Part shown: piece by piece, positions 1 to 10,900 of the stretch
Position numbering within the stretch: position 1 is the first letter of the stretch
How the letters are laid out: every line of letters starts with the position of its first letter
Made by a program: the position numbers and the translations under genes
Notes under the pieces: generated by a model
Seen by the model: only the letters and a program-made list of their open reading frames with translations
Told to the model about the DNA's origin: nothing
The model's database searches: none
NCBI GenBank assembly: GCA_010093995.1
Contig: ML992503.1
Span: forward strand, 1,107,234 to 1,171,233
Origin: Elsinoe ampelina
Lineage: Eukaryota
Reading direction: 5' to 3'
DNA length: 64,000 bases

Positions 1-552
1 ATCGGCTTCGACGCCAGTACAGCCATAGTGAACAGCCTCGTAGAAAGGAATACGTCGCCAGTAGTCATTGTGCGAATGGCAAGGAATAGGCACTACATCT
101 CGAGTAACATCAGTCGGATAATGCGCAATATCTTCTCCGATATGTCCAGGCTTGCCCCAGTCAGGCCAGAACTCATCCTTGTCCGGCAGACCCCACAGGA
201 GATTCTCGCCACCAAGATGAACCCGGAGTAGGTGGATCAAGCCGAAGAAGGCCAGAATGACCACCGGAATGGTCAAGAGAGCACGCATGACCGGACTGCC
301 AAGGCATCTCCGCTTGTTCTTTATGGCGAATTGTGGTGATCCGAGAGCTTCGCGGTAAGTCTTCCGAGTACGAGATGGCGATGGCAGAGTCGGGATGACG
401 CGATTGAAGACGCGGCGGATACTTGACGGTGAAGAGGTCGACACAGAGTCTCTGTATGCTTCGCATTCGAAAGAGTCGCGGTCGTAAGTCTCTAGATGGG
501 GTCCGAGCATATATGAATGCTCGCCGGTATCTGTCGGCGATCTGGGAGACAT
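1..552 (-). CDS. AIM6: AIM6-family PLC-like phosphodiesterase, 5' part (gene runs off the left edge)
   Basis: Not in the ORF track. Manual translation from ATG at 552 is open to base 1: MSPRSPTD..., a hydrophobic segment (ALLTIPVVILAFFGLIHLL), then YPTDVTRDVVPIPCHSHNDYWRRIPFYEAVHYGCTGVEAD. The HSHNDY...G..GVEAD motif is typical of Aim6. Confidence 0.85.
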   Translation of the reverse strand, partial: MSPRSPTDTGEHSYMLGPHLETYDRDSFECEAYRDSVSTSSPSSIRRVFNRVIPTLPSPSRTRKTYREALGSPQFAIKNKRRCLGSPVMRALLTIPVVILAFFGLIHLLRVHLGGENLLWGLPDKDEFWPDWGKPGHIGEDIAHYPTDVTRDVVPIPCHSHNDYWRRIPFYEAVHYGCTGVEAD

Positions 553-921
553 GATTGAAAGGGCCAGCCAAGAGGTGGTTATAAGGTCAAGAATTTATAG
601 AATGAAAAGAAGGTGACTGGACATCAGCATCACTTTGATCGTCCATTTGTACAGCAATCACGACAACCAGGTTAATTGCGACAGGTGTTTTCCATGTTTG
701 ACACTTGGATGATAGGAGTGAAGACACGGAACAGCCGCGTCCCACTTTTGGTGCACAACATGCCGACAGCTGAGAATGCCAAGATACGCTAACCACTTCT
801 GGTATTGTTCGTGAGCAATCCTGCTGACCATCTAGTTGCGCTCGACTCTTTTTGATTCATCACACATTACTAGAAACCTCCGCGAGGTCTGAACATAATA
901 TCCGAATGCAGTCCCTGCGAA

Positions 922-2632
922 TCAATTGCAATTACAGCCGTCGTACAGCACGCACTGCCCGCCTGTCCATTGAGCAACCTCGCATCGGCCATCTGCAGCA
1001 CATCTGTTTCATGTCAGCTGTGTGAATGCCCCCTGCACATACTCTGACTTACTGGTTGCCGCATGAATCTACATCAATCTGATAGCATGCATACTCGTTA
1101 TAGTAGCAGATGCTGTTGTTGCTACAGTACTGCAACAATGTTAGTGGTTGCCACGCTTGGACCACTCTGATCTATACATACTGTGCCTGGGGGAGGGGGA
1201 CGCGAGTTTGAGGTGCAAGTGGGTGGTCCCGCCGGGGCTGTAGTTGTAGTAGTAGTCGTCGTTGTTGTCGTCGTAGGAGTGACGGTTACAGTCGAAGTGG
1301 AAACGGTCGTGACGGTGATGCCGGCGGTAGTGACGGTAGATATAGATGTACTAGTCACCGAAGTCGTGGTTGTCGAAGTGGTGCTCAAAGTACTGGTCGC
1401 AGTCACGAAACTGTGCTTGTCAATTCTGAACCCATGGTCTGTCGTCACGAAACATACCTGGTGGACGTGGACGTAGCTGTGCTTGTGGCCGTGACGCTGG
1501 TAGTTGTGGTCGGAGTCGTGGTGGCTGTGATAGTCGTCCTGGTCTGGAGACAGTAGCAAACATTGCCAATCACAGACGTCGCGTACGAAGCAAGTTGTGA
1601 AAACTTGCTTGCTCTAGGATCGTTGGGTCGAGTGGTGGTCGTTGTGGGTGACGCACCCACGTTGCAGGAAGCACTATAGAACTTGTAGGGCGAGGTAGGG
1701 TCCTCCCGGAAGTTGGCAGGTAGAGTCGTGGAGTATAGGTGGCATGTGTTGCGACCATAGGCGAAGGTCTTGCAATTCTTTGTCTTTGCGCAAAGTGCAG
1801 AACATGCCGCAAGACCAATGGAGCGGCTGTCAACCTGAAATGCGGTAGGTTTGTTCCTGTCATACCCAACGAGACCACAGTTCGTCTGTACGGGTGCTGC
1901 CGAGGTAGTCGACGGGGTGGTCGAAGGTGCGGTAGACGGAGTGGTCGAAGGCGTCGTGGCTGGTGTCGTGGCTGGAGTCGTGGAAGGTGCAGCTGGTGTA
2001 GTCGAAGGGACTGAGGAAGTTGTAGACGGTGCAGCCGGGGTGGTGGACGGCGCACGCGGAGTGGTCGATGGTGCAGCTGGCGTAGTGCTGATGGCTCTGG
2101 TCGTGGAAAGCTGACGCTTCAGGTGACGCTTCAAGTGGGATTTTGTATTCCTTTCTGGCCAGATGGTGACAACCTCGCCGCGCTTGTTTCGTTTCAACGG
2201 ACTCCTTGTCACGGTGACTGTGGTCACGCTCGTAGCAGTGGATGTGGTGTAAGTCGAGACCGTTCTGGTGACTGTTGCTACGGTAGTCGTTGCGGTCTCG
2301 GTCGTAGCGAAGGTGGTTGACGTCGTCGTGGCTACAGTAGTCCTACTGAAAGTCAGATGGGAAAGCTTGACGATGTCGAGAGATGCCTACTCGACGATGA
2401 TTGGAATATCAGTCAACGTCGTTGTCGTTGTGGCGACGGTCGTCGACACAGTAGATGCCGGCGCAGTGGATGTCGTGGTTGTTGGCGCGACCGGGTACTT
2501 GGATGAGCAGAAGGACGTAGCAGGTGGCCAGCCGGAAATGTCAGAGGCCAAGCTAGCGTAGAAGCCACCCTGACATGTCTGCCCAAACACTTTGGCGGCA
2601 AGTGGTAGAAGGAGGAGAGCTAGACGTGCCAT
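922..2632 (-). CDS. Secreted Thr-rich mucin-like protein with two PAN/Apple-like Cys domains (5 exons)
   Basis: Signal peptide MARLALLLLPLAAKVFG. Frame-preserving GT-AG introns at 2346-2390, 1411-1457, 1130-1181 and 1004-1052. Domain 1 is CGLVGYD...ACSALCAKTKNCKTFAYGRNTCHLY; the terminal domain is ...SCGNQCAADGRCEVAQWTGGQCVLYDGCNCN*. Confidence 0.8.
1895..2105 (-). repeat. Intragenic tandem repeats encoding PSTTPAA / PSTT units (21-nt and 12-nt periods)
   Basis: Translation reads STTPAAPSTTPRAPSTTPAAPSTTSSVPSTTPAAPSTTPATTPATTPSTTPSTAPSTTPSTT. Confidence 0.8.
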
Positions 2633-3899
2633 CTTGCACCTGAATGTTTGATGGGATACCGCAGAAACCGTGGGGAGGTACCAGCCTTTTGCTAGCACAT
2701 GCACACTTATATAGCATCCCCTTCTGCTTACCTGCAGGGTGGTCCTTCACGACAGGCACTGCTTGCCACTTGACAGAGGGCATGCTCGAATGGTACTCTC
2801 AAAGTCAAAAGGGGCGTTCTGGATCGTCTGTGCGAAGTAAATCATGACAGTGTTGTTTGTAGCATGTAGCCGACCAGATCAGTATCCCCAACCCGGTAGG
2901 CCCTCTGGGGAGCAGGCCATGCTCATGATTCGCCGACCACTCTCGGAGACAGCGTTCACCGCGTGGAAGCCGTGAGACATGCTGGACTGAGGCGACCTGG
3001 ACATTTTGCATATCGTGGTAAAGGAATCGGTAGTGACAAAAAGAGGCGTATTCTAAGCAGATCTAGCAGGTCCCTAGGTCGGCACAGACCGTGGTGCTAG
3101 TCCTGCGGCTCTCCCAAGACCACGAGACACCACGAGACGAGGCTGAAAAGAGCGACCTCGCAAGCCAAGGCGGCTCTTTTTGGAAAGGTTTCAGAAACCT
3201 TGATCCTTTTGGGTGCGTTGACGTCTCCACTCGAGGCCAGGCGGAACTTCCGTCAGGTTCTGATGAACGACGTCGCATGAGTTCAGGTGGGAACGGGCTG
3301 CAGCTGACCGGACGTGCAGAGTCAGCTCCTTCCAAATGTTGTCCGACTGTCGTGACCATGGGGTTACAACGCGGGCCCCTTGGGTCAACGGTCGACTAGG
3401 TTGTTGCAGTTGTTCGAAGACGCCCGCATGAGATCAGTGACTGTACCTGTAGGCATCTAAAATTTCCGGTGCCGGCTTGCCGTGAAGAAAATCACGTGCA
3501 CGGGCCCTCGCACTTTGCTCCACCGAGGTTACCCCCCTGCGACCTTTACTCATTCTCACGAACCAATTCTTGAGTAAGCGTATTCGGACCATCTCCTGCG
3601 TGGTTGGCATCTTCACCACCCATCCAGTGAAATCGTGTTGCGACGTTTACGTACTGTAGGGCCAGTGTCCCGGCGTGGCGTCATAAGACGTCCATTGGCA
3701 CACAAGTAAGCACGGCTGGTAGGCTGATCCACTTGTAGACACCGCCTTCGACAGCTTGACCGCGCATACCAGACCAAGTACCGCATATTCCCACACTGAC
3801 CTATACATAACCGACAGCCAAGACGTTCAATTACCAAACATCAAGTCCACAACCCGGTCGACCAAGCCCAGCAACAAGTAAGCTCTATTAGCTCACGTT

Positions 3900-4829
3900 A
3901 TGGCCAATTCCTCGGACGACTACCCCATCCCTCGGGGCGTCATAGACTCGGTCCGTCTCAACGTCGGTCATCTGCTATGGAAGAAAGAGTTTCCATGGGT
4001 AGTGCATCCTTCGGTCCCGCTCAAAGGCAGAGAGAATCTTCGGATCGCTGATGTGGGGTGTGGCACAGGGTAGGTGTTCTCGACAAATGGGCCGAGCATG
4101 TTGAACTGACTAGCCTTCCAGCCTGTGGGTGCTAGAAGCTTACGAAGAGTTTCCACACGCAGAGGCTGTGGAAGGTCTGGACATTGCTTTGCATCAAGCT
4201 CCAGCCAAGCACCTGCTCCCAGGCAATGTCAAATTCAGCTACTTCAATGCCTACGAAGATGTCCCAGAACAATTCATCGGCCGCTATGATCTCATTCATG
4301 CACGATTCTTACTAGCGCTCGTCAAAAATGATGATCCTATTCCTCTTGTTCAGATGCTGAGTGAGTACATCAACATACCTCTGACAATCAAACTGACACA
4401 CATTCAGAGCCAGATGGCTACATCCAATGGAACGAAACAGACTGGGAATGTGACACCTACGTCGGCCTAGAAGAAAACGGCATCACCAAGGAGGAATCCG
4501 GCATGCACAGAATGCGTAGCTTCGGTAGGCAGGGCTCCAGTCTGGGCACCATCACATGGCCCCAGAAGCTGGCCAACATTCTGCAAGAACAGGGCATGAA
4601 GTTGATCAAGGAAGATCGGACCACTCTGGAGACTTTTCCAAGAATGTACGCTTCGTACTGGACCGACACGATTGTCGCAGCTGCAATCGATGCTCATAGC
4701 AAGATGCCTGCGGGTCAATTGAAATCGACATATGCACGTCTGATCGACGGCGCGAGCGAGGATGCGAGGAAAGGAATTGCCTGGGTGGCTGATCACATCG
4801 TTGTCGTCGCACAGAAGAATGGGCAGTAG
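3900..4829 (+). CDS. Class I SAM-dependent methyltransferase, LaeA-like/UMTA-type (3 exons)
   Basis: ATG at 3900 (MANSSDDYPIPRGVIDSVRLNVGHLLW). Motif I is IADVGCGTG|LW, followed by GLDI, YDLIHARFL and LKPDGYIQW. Introns at 4070-4121 and 4361-4407 join the ORF-track fragments. Confidence 0.85.
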
Positions 4830-5147
4830 CTGTCTAGGGCGGCGTGGGAGTAGAGTCTCGGCCGGCTCCGCGAGCGAGACATCAGACCGTCCGAGGCCAT
4901 AGCTGATCCAAACACCAACATGTTAGAACCTCGAGCATCAATCTCACTCCCTCGCAATTCCTCGGAGATCAATATCCCGAGAAGCGGAGAGCTATATGAC
5001 TCACACTTTCCTTCCCATGCAAAAGGTAGAAGACTTCCCCAATCAAAGCCCCTTCGAACCACCTTTCCTCTACCTGCTATCACAAGACCCTATACCATTC
5101 TCGGCAACACCTCCACCACCACCCGCTCCCATTCCCACCATCCGAAA

Positions 5148-6401
5148 ATGGCCGACGTCCACGGCGCCCTCCCCCTCCGCGCTCGCCATGACCTCCGCCG
5201 CTCCATCGCCACCACATCAGACCCTCTCATCTCCGCCCTCCCCAAAATCGAACTCCACATCCACATAGAAGGCACCCTCACCCCGGCCCTGAAATGGAAA
5301 TTCTCCCAACGCAACGCCCAAGTCCTCCGGCACCCACGCACGGGCATCCCCTTCTCCTCTCTGGAAGAACTCCAGGACTCACACGACAGCTTCAAAGCGC
5401 TGTCCGACACCACCACAGGGGAAGGGCCCGGGGACGGGGACGGGGGAGGGAGCAGGCAGACCAATGCCGAGGAAACATTGTCCTTTTTCGAAGCTTATTA
5501 CGGCGGGTTTGAAGTCCTCAGGACGGAGCAGGATTACTTTGACCTCGCCATGCATTACTTCGAAAAGGCAGCGGGGATGAAGGTGAGGTATTGTGAGTTG
5601 TTCTTTGATCCGCAGGGACATACGAGGACGGGGGTCGGGTGGGGGACGATGATGGGGGGGTTCAGGAGGGCGCAGGTGGAGGCCGAGGGGAGGTTGGGGG
5701 TGAGTTTGTCTTTGCCATTGGGGTGGGGGAGGACAGGGGATGCTGATGGTGTGTAGGTTAAGAGTGCGTGGATCATGTGTTTCCTTAGGGATGAGTCGGT
5801 GGAGTCAGCGAGGGAGCATTACGAGGCGGCGCTGGAGTATCGGGATATGGTTGTGGGCATTGGGCTGGACTCGAATGAGGATCAGCGACCGCCGTTGATG
5901 TTTGAGGAGATCTTTCGGCGAGCGAGGGAGGATGGGTTTAGACTGACGGCGCATTGCGATGTTGGAAAGGCGTACCCAGTCGAGAATTGTAGGCAGGTGA
6001 TCTGCTCGCTCGGCAAGACTGGGGCTGATCGAATTGACCACGGTCTGAACGTAGTGGAGGACAGTGAGCTGATGGAAATGCTGAGAAAGAAGGAAATGGG
6101 CATGACGATCTGTCCCTGGTCTTACATTCGACATCAGCCGCTTGATGAAGTATTCCAGCGAATACGCCAGCTTTTCGATGCCGGTATCTTGATCTCGATC
6201 GCCAGCGATGACCCGACATTCATGGAAGACACATGGATATTGGAAAACCTGCTTGTGGTGATGAAGTTTTGCAACTTAACTGATCAGGATCTTATCAGGC
6301 TGACCGAGAATGCTATTCGCACTTGCTGGGCTTCCGAAGCGGTCAAGAAGGAGATCATGGACGAATTGGAAGACGTCAAGAAGGAATGTATAGACTCATG
6401 A
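5148..6401 (+). CDS. Adenine/adenosine deaminase family amidohydrolase (2 exons)
   Basis: Motifs LPKIELHIHIEGTL, YCELFFDPQGH, GIGLDSNE, DRIDHG and ASDDP. One intron at 5700-5756. Confidence 0.9.
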
Positions 6402-6824
6402 TGGCGATATTGGGCAAATGGAAGATCGAATTACTGTGCGGTGCTTTCCAATTACCGGTCTCTGAGGAGAAGGCCAAAAGATGTCGGCCCTTAAGAAATA
6501 GACTGTTGGTAATGAGCTCAAACTTGAAAGTCCTGCAAGCTGAATCTTCCTTGGGTAAGCTTCACCCATTAGTATCCACCTCTGATGGAGCTTTATGTTA
6601 GTAGAGGCCCGAGTGCGAGGTCATGACAGATACGATCCCCGAGTCATCCTGTATGTTGAATCACATAAGATCTGATATCTGAACTTACGTTAAAGATAGA
6701 AAGGTACGGTTGACTAAACTCACGCTTTGTGACCGAACGAGTAAGATATGGTCCACCGTACTTGCATGCAACTTTTCTCTACAATCCACAAGCCCCTCAC
6801 GATCCGTCCCTCCTCAAGACCACT

Positions 6825-7784
6825 ATGCCTCACAAACATACCCGGCGACCCGGCGCCTCGTCCGCAAAGGACTTTGACCTCCCTCCCACCACCACAGCGC
6901 GTCCACTAGCGGTCGGCAAAAAGTCAAAGGGCAACGCCTCGGAGCAAAAAGGAAAGAAACGAAAGCGGGGCAACGACGATGACACGCCTCGCGAGTTCAA
7001 GCGGCTCATGGAGCTGCAGAAGCACATGGCCATGCGCAAAGGGGCCAATGGCAGCGCCAGCACCAGGCCAGGAGGTGTAGAGGACATGCCGCGGCAGAAG
7101 AAGGCGACGGGGAAAGGCAAGCCTCGGGCGAAGGAGGCCTCAGTCAAGCTCGAAGACGCAGAGGAAGTCGAGAACAAAAAAGATCTGAAGAAGCCCGCAG
7201 AGCCCAAGCGATCCAATGGTCTCGACGACCCAGCCTGGGGCCAGCGCGGACCCATGAGCAAAGACATACCCGCTCTGAAGGAGAAATCCTCCCGCCTCCA
7301 GCGCAAGATCGAGAAGAAAGTCGCGACTTGGCGGACCGAGGACGAGCGGTTGCGGAAGAAGCGCGAGGAGGACGTGGCCAAGTACAGGGAGCAGGAGGAG
7401 GAGCGCATCTCTGCCCTGCTGGAGAAGAGCGGGATGAGTAGCGCAGCGATCGAGGATCCGGATCTGTTGAAGCAGTTGGGTTTGGACGATGGGGCGGATG
7501 ATCTTGCGGAGAAGGAAGTGCTGGCGAGGCGAGGGAAGAAGAAGAGGAAGGGGAAGGAGGAGGACGATTTTGCTGTGTTGAAGGAGAAGAGGGAGAGGCC
7601 GAAGGGGTTGCATGATGTGGTGCAAGCGCCGCCAGAGTTGAAGAAGTTGAAAGATAGATTCGGGACAAAGAAGGCTGTTGTGAGTGGGGAGGGAGGGTTG
7701 AAGAGGCAGGCAGATCTGCAGGAGGCGAGGATGGAGGTCATTAAGCGGTACAGAGAGATGATGGGACGGAAGAAAGATATGTGA
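6825..7784 (+). CDS. Conserved basic Lys-rich nuclear protein (UPF0653/CCDC137-like)
   Basis: MPHKHTRR start, FDLPP, DDDTPREFKRLM, LHDVVQAPPEL and a C-terminal R.EVIKRYREMM, matching this fungal family as I recall it. Confidence 0.7.
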   Translation: MPHKHTRRPGASSAKDFDLPPTTTARPLAVGKKSKGNASEQKGKKRKRGNDDDTPREFKRLMELQKHMAMRKGANGSASTRPGGVEDMPRQKKATGKGKPRAKEASVKLEDAEEVENKKDLKKPAEPKRSNGLDDPAWGQRGPMSKDIPALKEKSSRLQRKIEKKVATWRTEDERLRKKREEDVAKYREQEEERISALLEKSGMSSAAIEDPDLLKQLGLDDGADDLAEKEVLARRGKKKRKGKEEDDFAVLKEKRERPKGLHDVVQAPPELKKLKDRFGTKKAVVSGEGGLKRQADLQEARMEVIKRYREMMGRKKDM

Positions 7785-7980
7785 TACCCCAAAGATGAGA
7801 AATGAACTCGATTCTAACGCTATGAGTATCGTATACCATGAAGGAGATCGTGTGAAGTCGAGTAGTCCTGCGCCATGCCGTACCAGCCATCCCATATGCC
7901 ATCTAACATGCAGATATCTTCCATCATGAATCGTAACATAAAAGCTGACCCGCCAAAGAAGTGAAGTCCCCAGCACTACC

Positions 7981-10900
7981 TCATGACATCTCCCCCTCCT
8001 CCCTTCTCACCCTCCCATCCTTTCCCAACGTCGGCATCCTCTCCCCCTCCCACTCCTCCCCCGGCCACCCCTGCCTCGTCGTCCCCTCCTCCACCTCATC
8101 CCCTGCCATGACAAGCGTATGCTCCATCAACACCGCCCCCTTTCCCATCTTCGCCCCACTCAACAACCGACTCCCACTCCTCAAGACGCTCCCCTCGCCC
8201 ACATGCAACTCATTCAAATCAAAAACCCCTCTACTGTTAATATGCCCCACCAAACTCGCATCATCCACCACCACCCTATCTCCCAACGTCAACAAATCCG
8301 GCTCCGTGAACAAACAACTCGGACTCCCCGAGGCAAAAAGCGCCGTGTCCTTGCCAATCCTCGCCCCCAACGCCCGGAAATACAGCACCATATAATGCGT
8401 CCCCGTCAACAAACCCAACACCCCCTGGCCCCCATAGCACTGCCTCCTGATCCTCTCGACGGTGAGGAAAACCTGCCACCGCTGGCAATACGACGACTTG
8501 TCCCAGTCGTGATTCCCTGCTTTCCTCCGGCCGAGCAGGGCCCATTTCGCGGCGATGACGATGGCGAGAGCCAGCACCGCGAGGAATGTCTGCAGGATGG
8601 AGATGGAGAGGGTGAAGAGGGCGTAGATGAGGAAAGGGCGGTACGTGTCGGTCGGGAGGACGAGGGAGCCGAAGTAGGGGAGGAGGAAGGAGAGGATTTG
8701 GACGGATGTCGTGGTGGCGACGTTCCAGTAGAAGGCGGTGAAGGTGGTGAGGAAGGTGGAGTAGAGGATTATGCTGGGGAGGCGGAGGACGTGGTAGGGT
8801 GCTTGGTGGAGGTAGAAGGCGCGCCCGAAGGGGGTGGTCGGGGTGGGGGTCTCGGTGGGGAGGGCGGTGGTGGTGCTGAAGCCACCCTTGGCTGGTGTTG
8901 AAGGGCCGGTTTCAAGAGAGGAAGAGTCGAGCTCCACTGTGGCGACGACGGTGAGGCCTTTTTCCAAGTTGAACTTGACGTCGGCGACGGTGCTCTGCTT
9001 GCGGGGGTCGGAGAGACAGACGGCTTCTCCCCCTCGACTACCAACCCAGACGGTGCCTGGCTCGTAGTGTTTGTCGCGTCGGCTGAGAGCACCGCTACCA
9101 AAGACGGTCTTCCCTTCCACCGTCGTACCTGGGAGAAGAACGACGCGGTCTGAGATCATGGCTCCATTGCCGACTTTGACAATGTGGCTACCATAGCCAT
9201 CAGAAGTTTGGATATATGACCGAGATCCGAAGACCACATCGTCGCCAATGTCCAGCAAGTCAAAGTCCTGTACAGCCGGTCCAGTACCGGGCCAGTAGAC
9301 TCTCTGTCCAACCTTGGCACCAAATGCACGGTAGATCTTCGATGTGACTTCGTAGTGTGCGCCAAAAAGGTCGATCAGCTTGTGGAATTGCGGCATAGGA
9401 ATGAGATGCCTGAGTATAGATTGGCGAAGCTTGTAAAGCTGGCTCCTACCGGTGACCACACCTGGCTTTTGCTTGCCCAGGGTGACATCCAGAAGCTTCT
9501 TGACTAGGAAGACAGCCACGAACCACGCCATGGGTCCGCAGTAAGCATGCAACACCAGCGCAAGGTAATGAAATCCGATCCTGTAAGGCTCAGCGAACCA
9601 GTGAATTATGGCGAGAACGTGATCAGGCGATGGCTTGGGCTCGAGCATGACGATGGGTACCAGCCCACCGATCCATGGCCCTGACCTGACGAGATTGACA
9701 ATGGCCGATAATGGGTAGCTGATGATCAGATCGAGGAAGAAGTTGGCGGCTGGCACCTTGCTCGAGAGTAGGTTGCGATTGCTCTCATCAGCATCTTGAG
9801 TTTCCCAGCTTGAAGAGTTTGGTCCGATGCAGACACTGTGCGGGACCTTTGTCCCAGGCGCGACAATGGAGTTGAGTCCTACACTTGCGTTCTTTCCAAT
9901 CGTGGTACGGGCAAGATACATCGAGGTGTCCTTCTCCCCTGCGAAGGCTCGGAAGATACACTTGTCAAGACTCGCACCGTCACCAATTTCAAGCAGGTCG
10001 TATTCACCGAGGGTCGCGGCTCTTGCGATTGTGACATTCTTCCCGATCTTTGCTCCAAGCAGGCGATAGTACAAGACCAGACCAGAGTTTGACATGCCAA
10101 AGTGGCCTTTGCCACTGATCGCTATGATCTTCTGGACTAACCACCATCGGGTGTGGTAGAAGCCCCACATTGGGTAGAGGCCTTCGCGGTAACGACCAAT
10201 CAAGATCCATTTTGAGAGGATGGCGAGGAGAGGGGCAATCAGGAAGGTAACCATACGACCAATTGCCATGCTGACGATCAAATTGAAGATGCGGCCAGCA
10301 AGATATGGAGTGGTCGGCCAGAACTGCGACTCAGCGAGCAGGTACATGAAGATAGTCCAGGTGAGAGCACGCTTCATAGGGTAGACCAGAACAATAGGGA
10401 TCAGCTGGACGAGCAGGAGGAACGGATTGGTCGAGCTGCAACGCTGCTTGATGATCGGCTGGCTATCAGCCTTGCGGATAAGAACCGGCTCCTTGCATTC
10501 TCCTGCACCAGTGGCTTTCTCGATGTACTTTGCGATAGCCGAGATCTGTCCGCACGTGAAAAGGAGGTCAACAGGAATCCTGGTCTTGGATTCGCGGCGA
10601 AGCTCAGAGAGTAGCTTGCCGGCGCGGAGTGAGTCGCCGCCCATCTCGAAGAAGTCGGAGTCACGGCCAAGCTTCGACAGGGGACAGGCGAGGACTTGCG
10701 CAAAGAGCGTGGCGATCCTGGACTCCATCGTACTCATATCGCTCTTAGTTGACCCTGTATCTGACGTATCCTTGATCATGCAGTCAAGCTCGAAGTGGTC
10801 GATATCCCCGGCGGCGTCTACTGGGAGCTCGTATTCCAGCAGGTGGACAGTATTTGGCATGTCCAAGTCATCCAGTTTTCCATGGAGAAGTGTTCTTGCA

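Noticed and set aside
6830..7976. Several long antisense ORFs over the Lys-rich gene (similar cases at 8119-8901, 15432-16258, 36555-37472 and 49960-51125)
   Set aside because: Low-complexity translations caused by stop-poor skewed composition; the opposite or alternate frame carries the conserved motifs.
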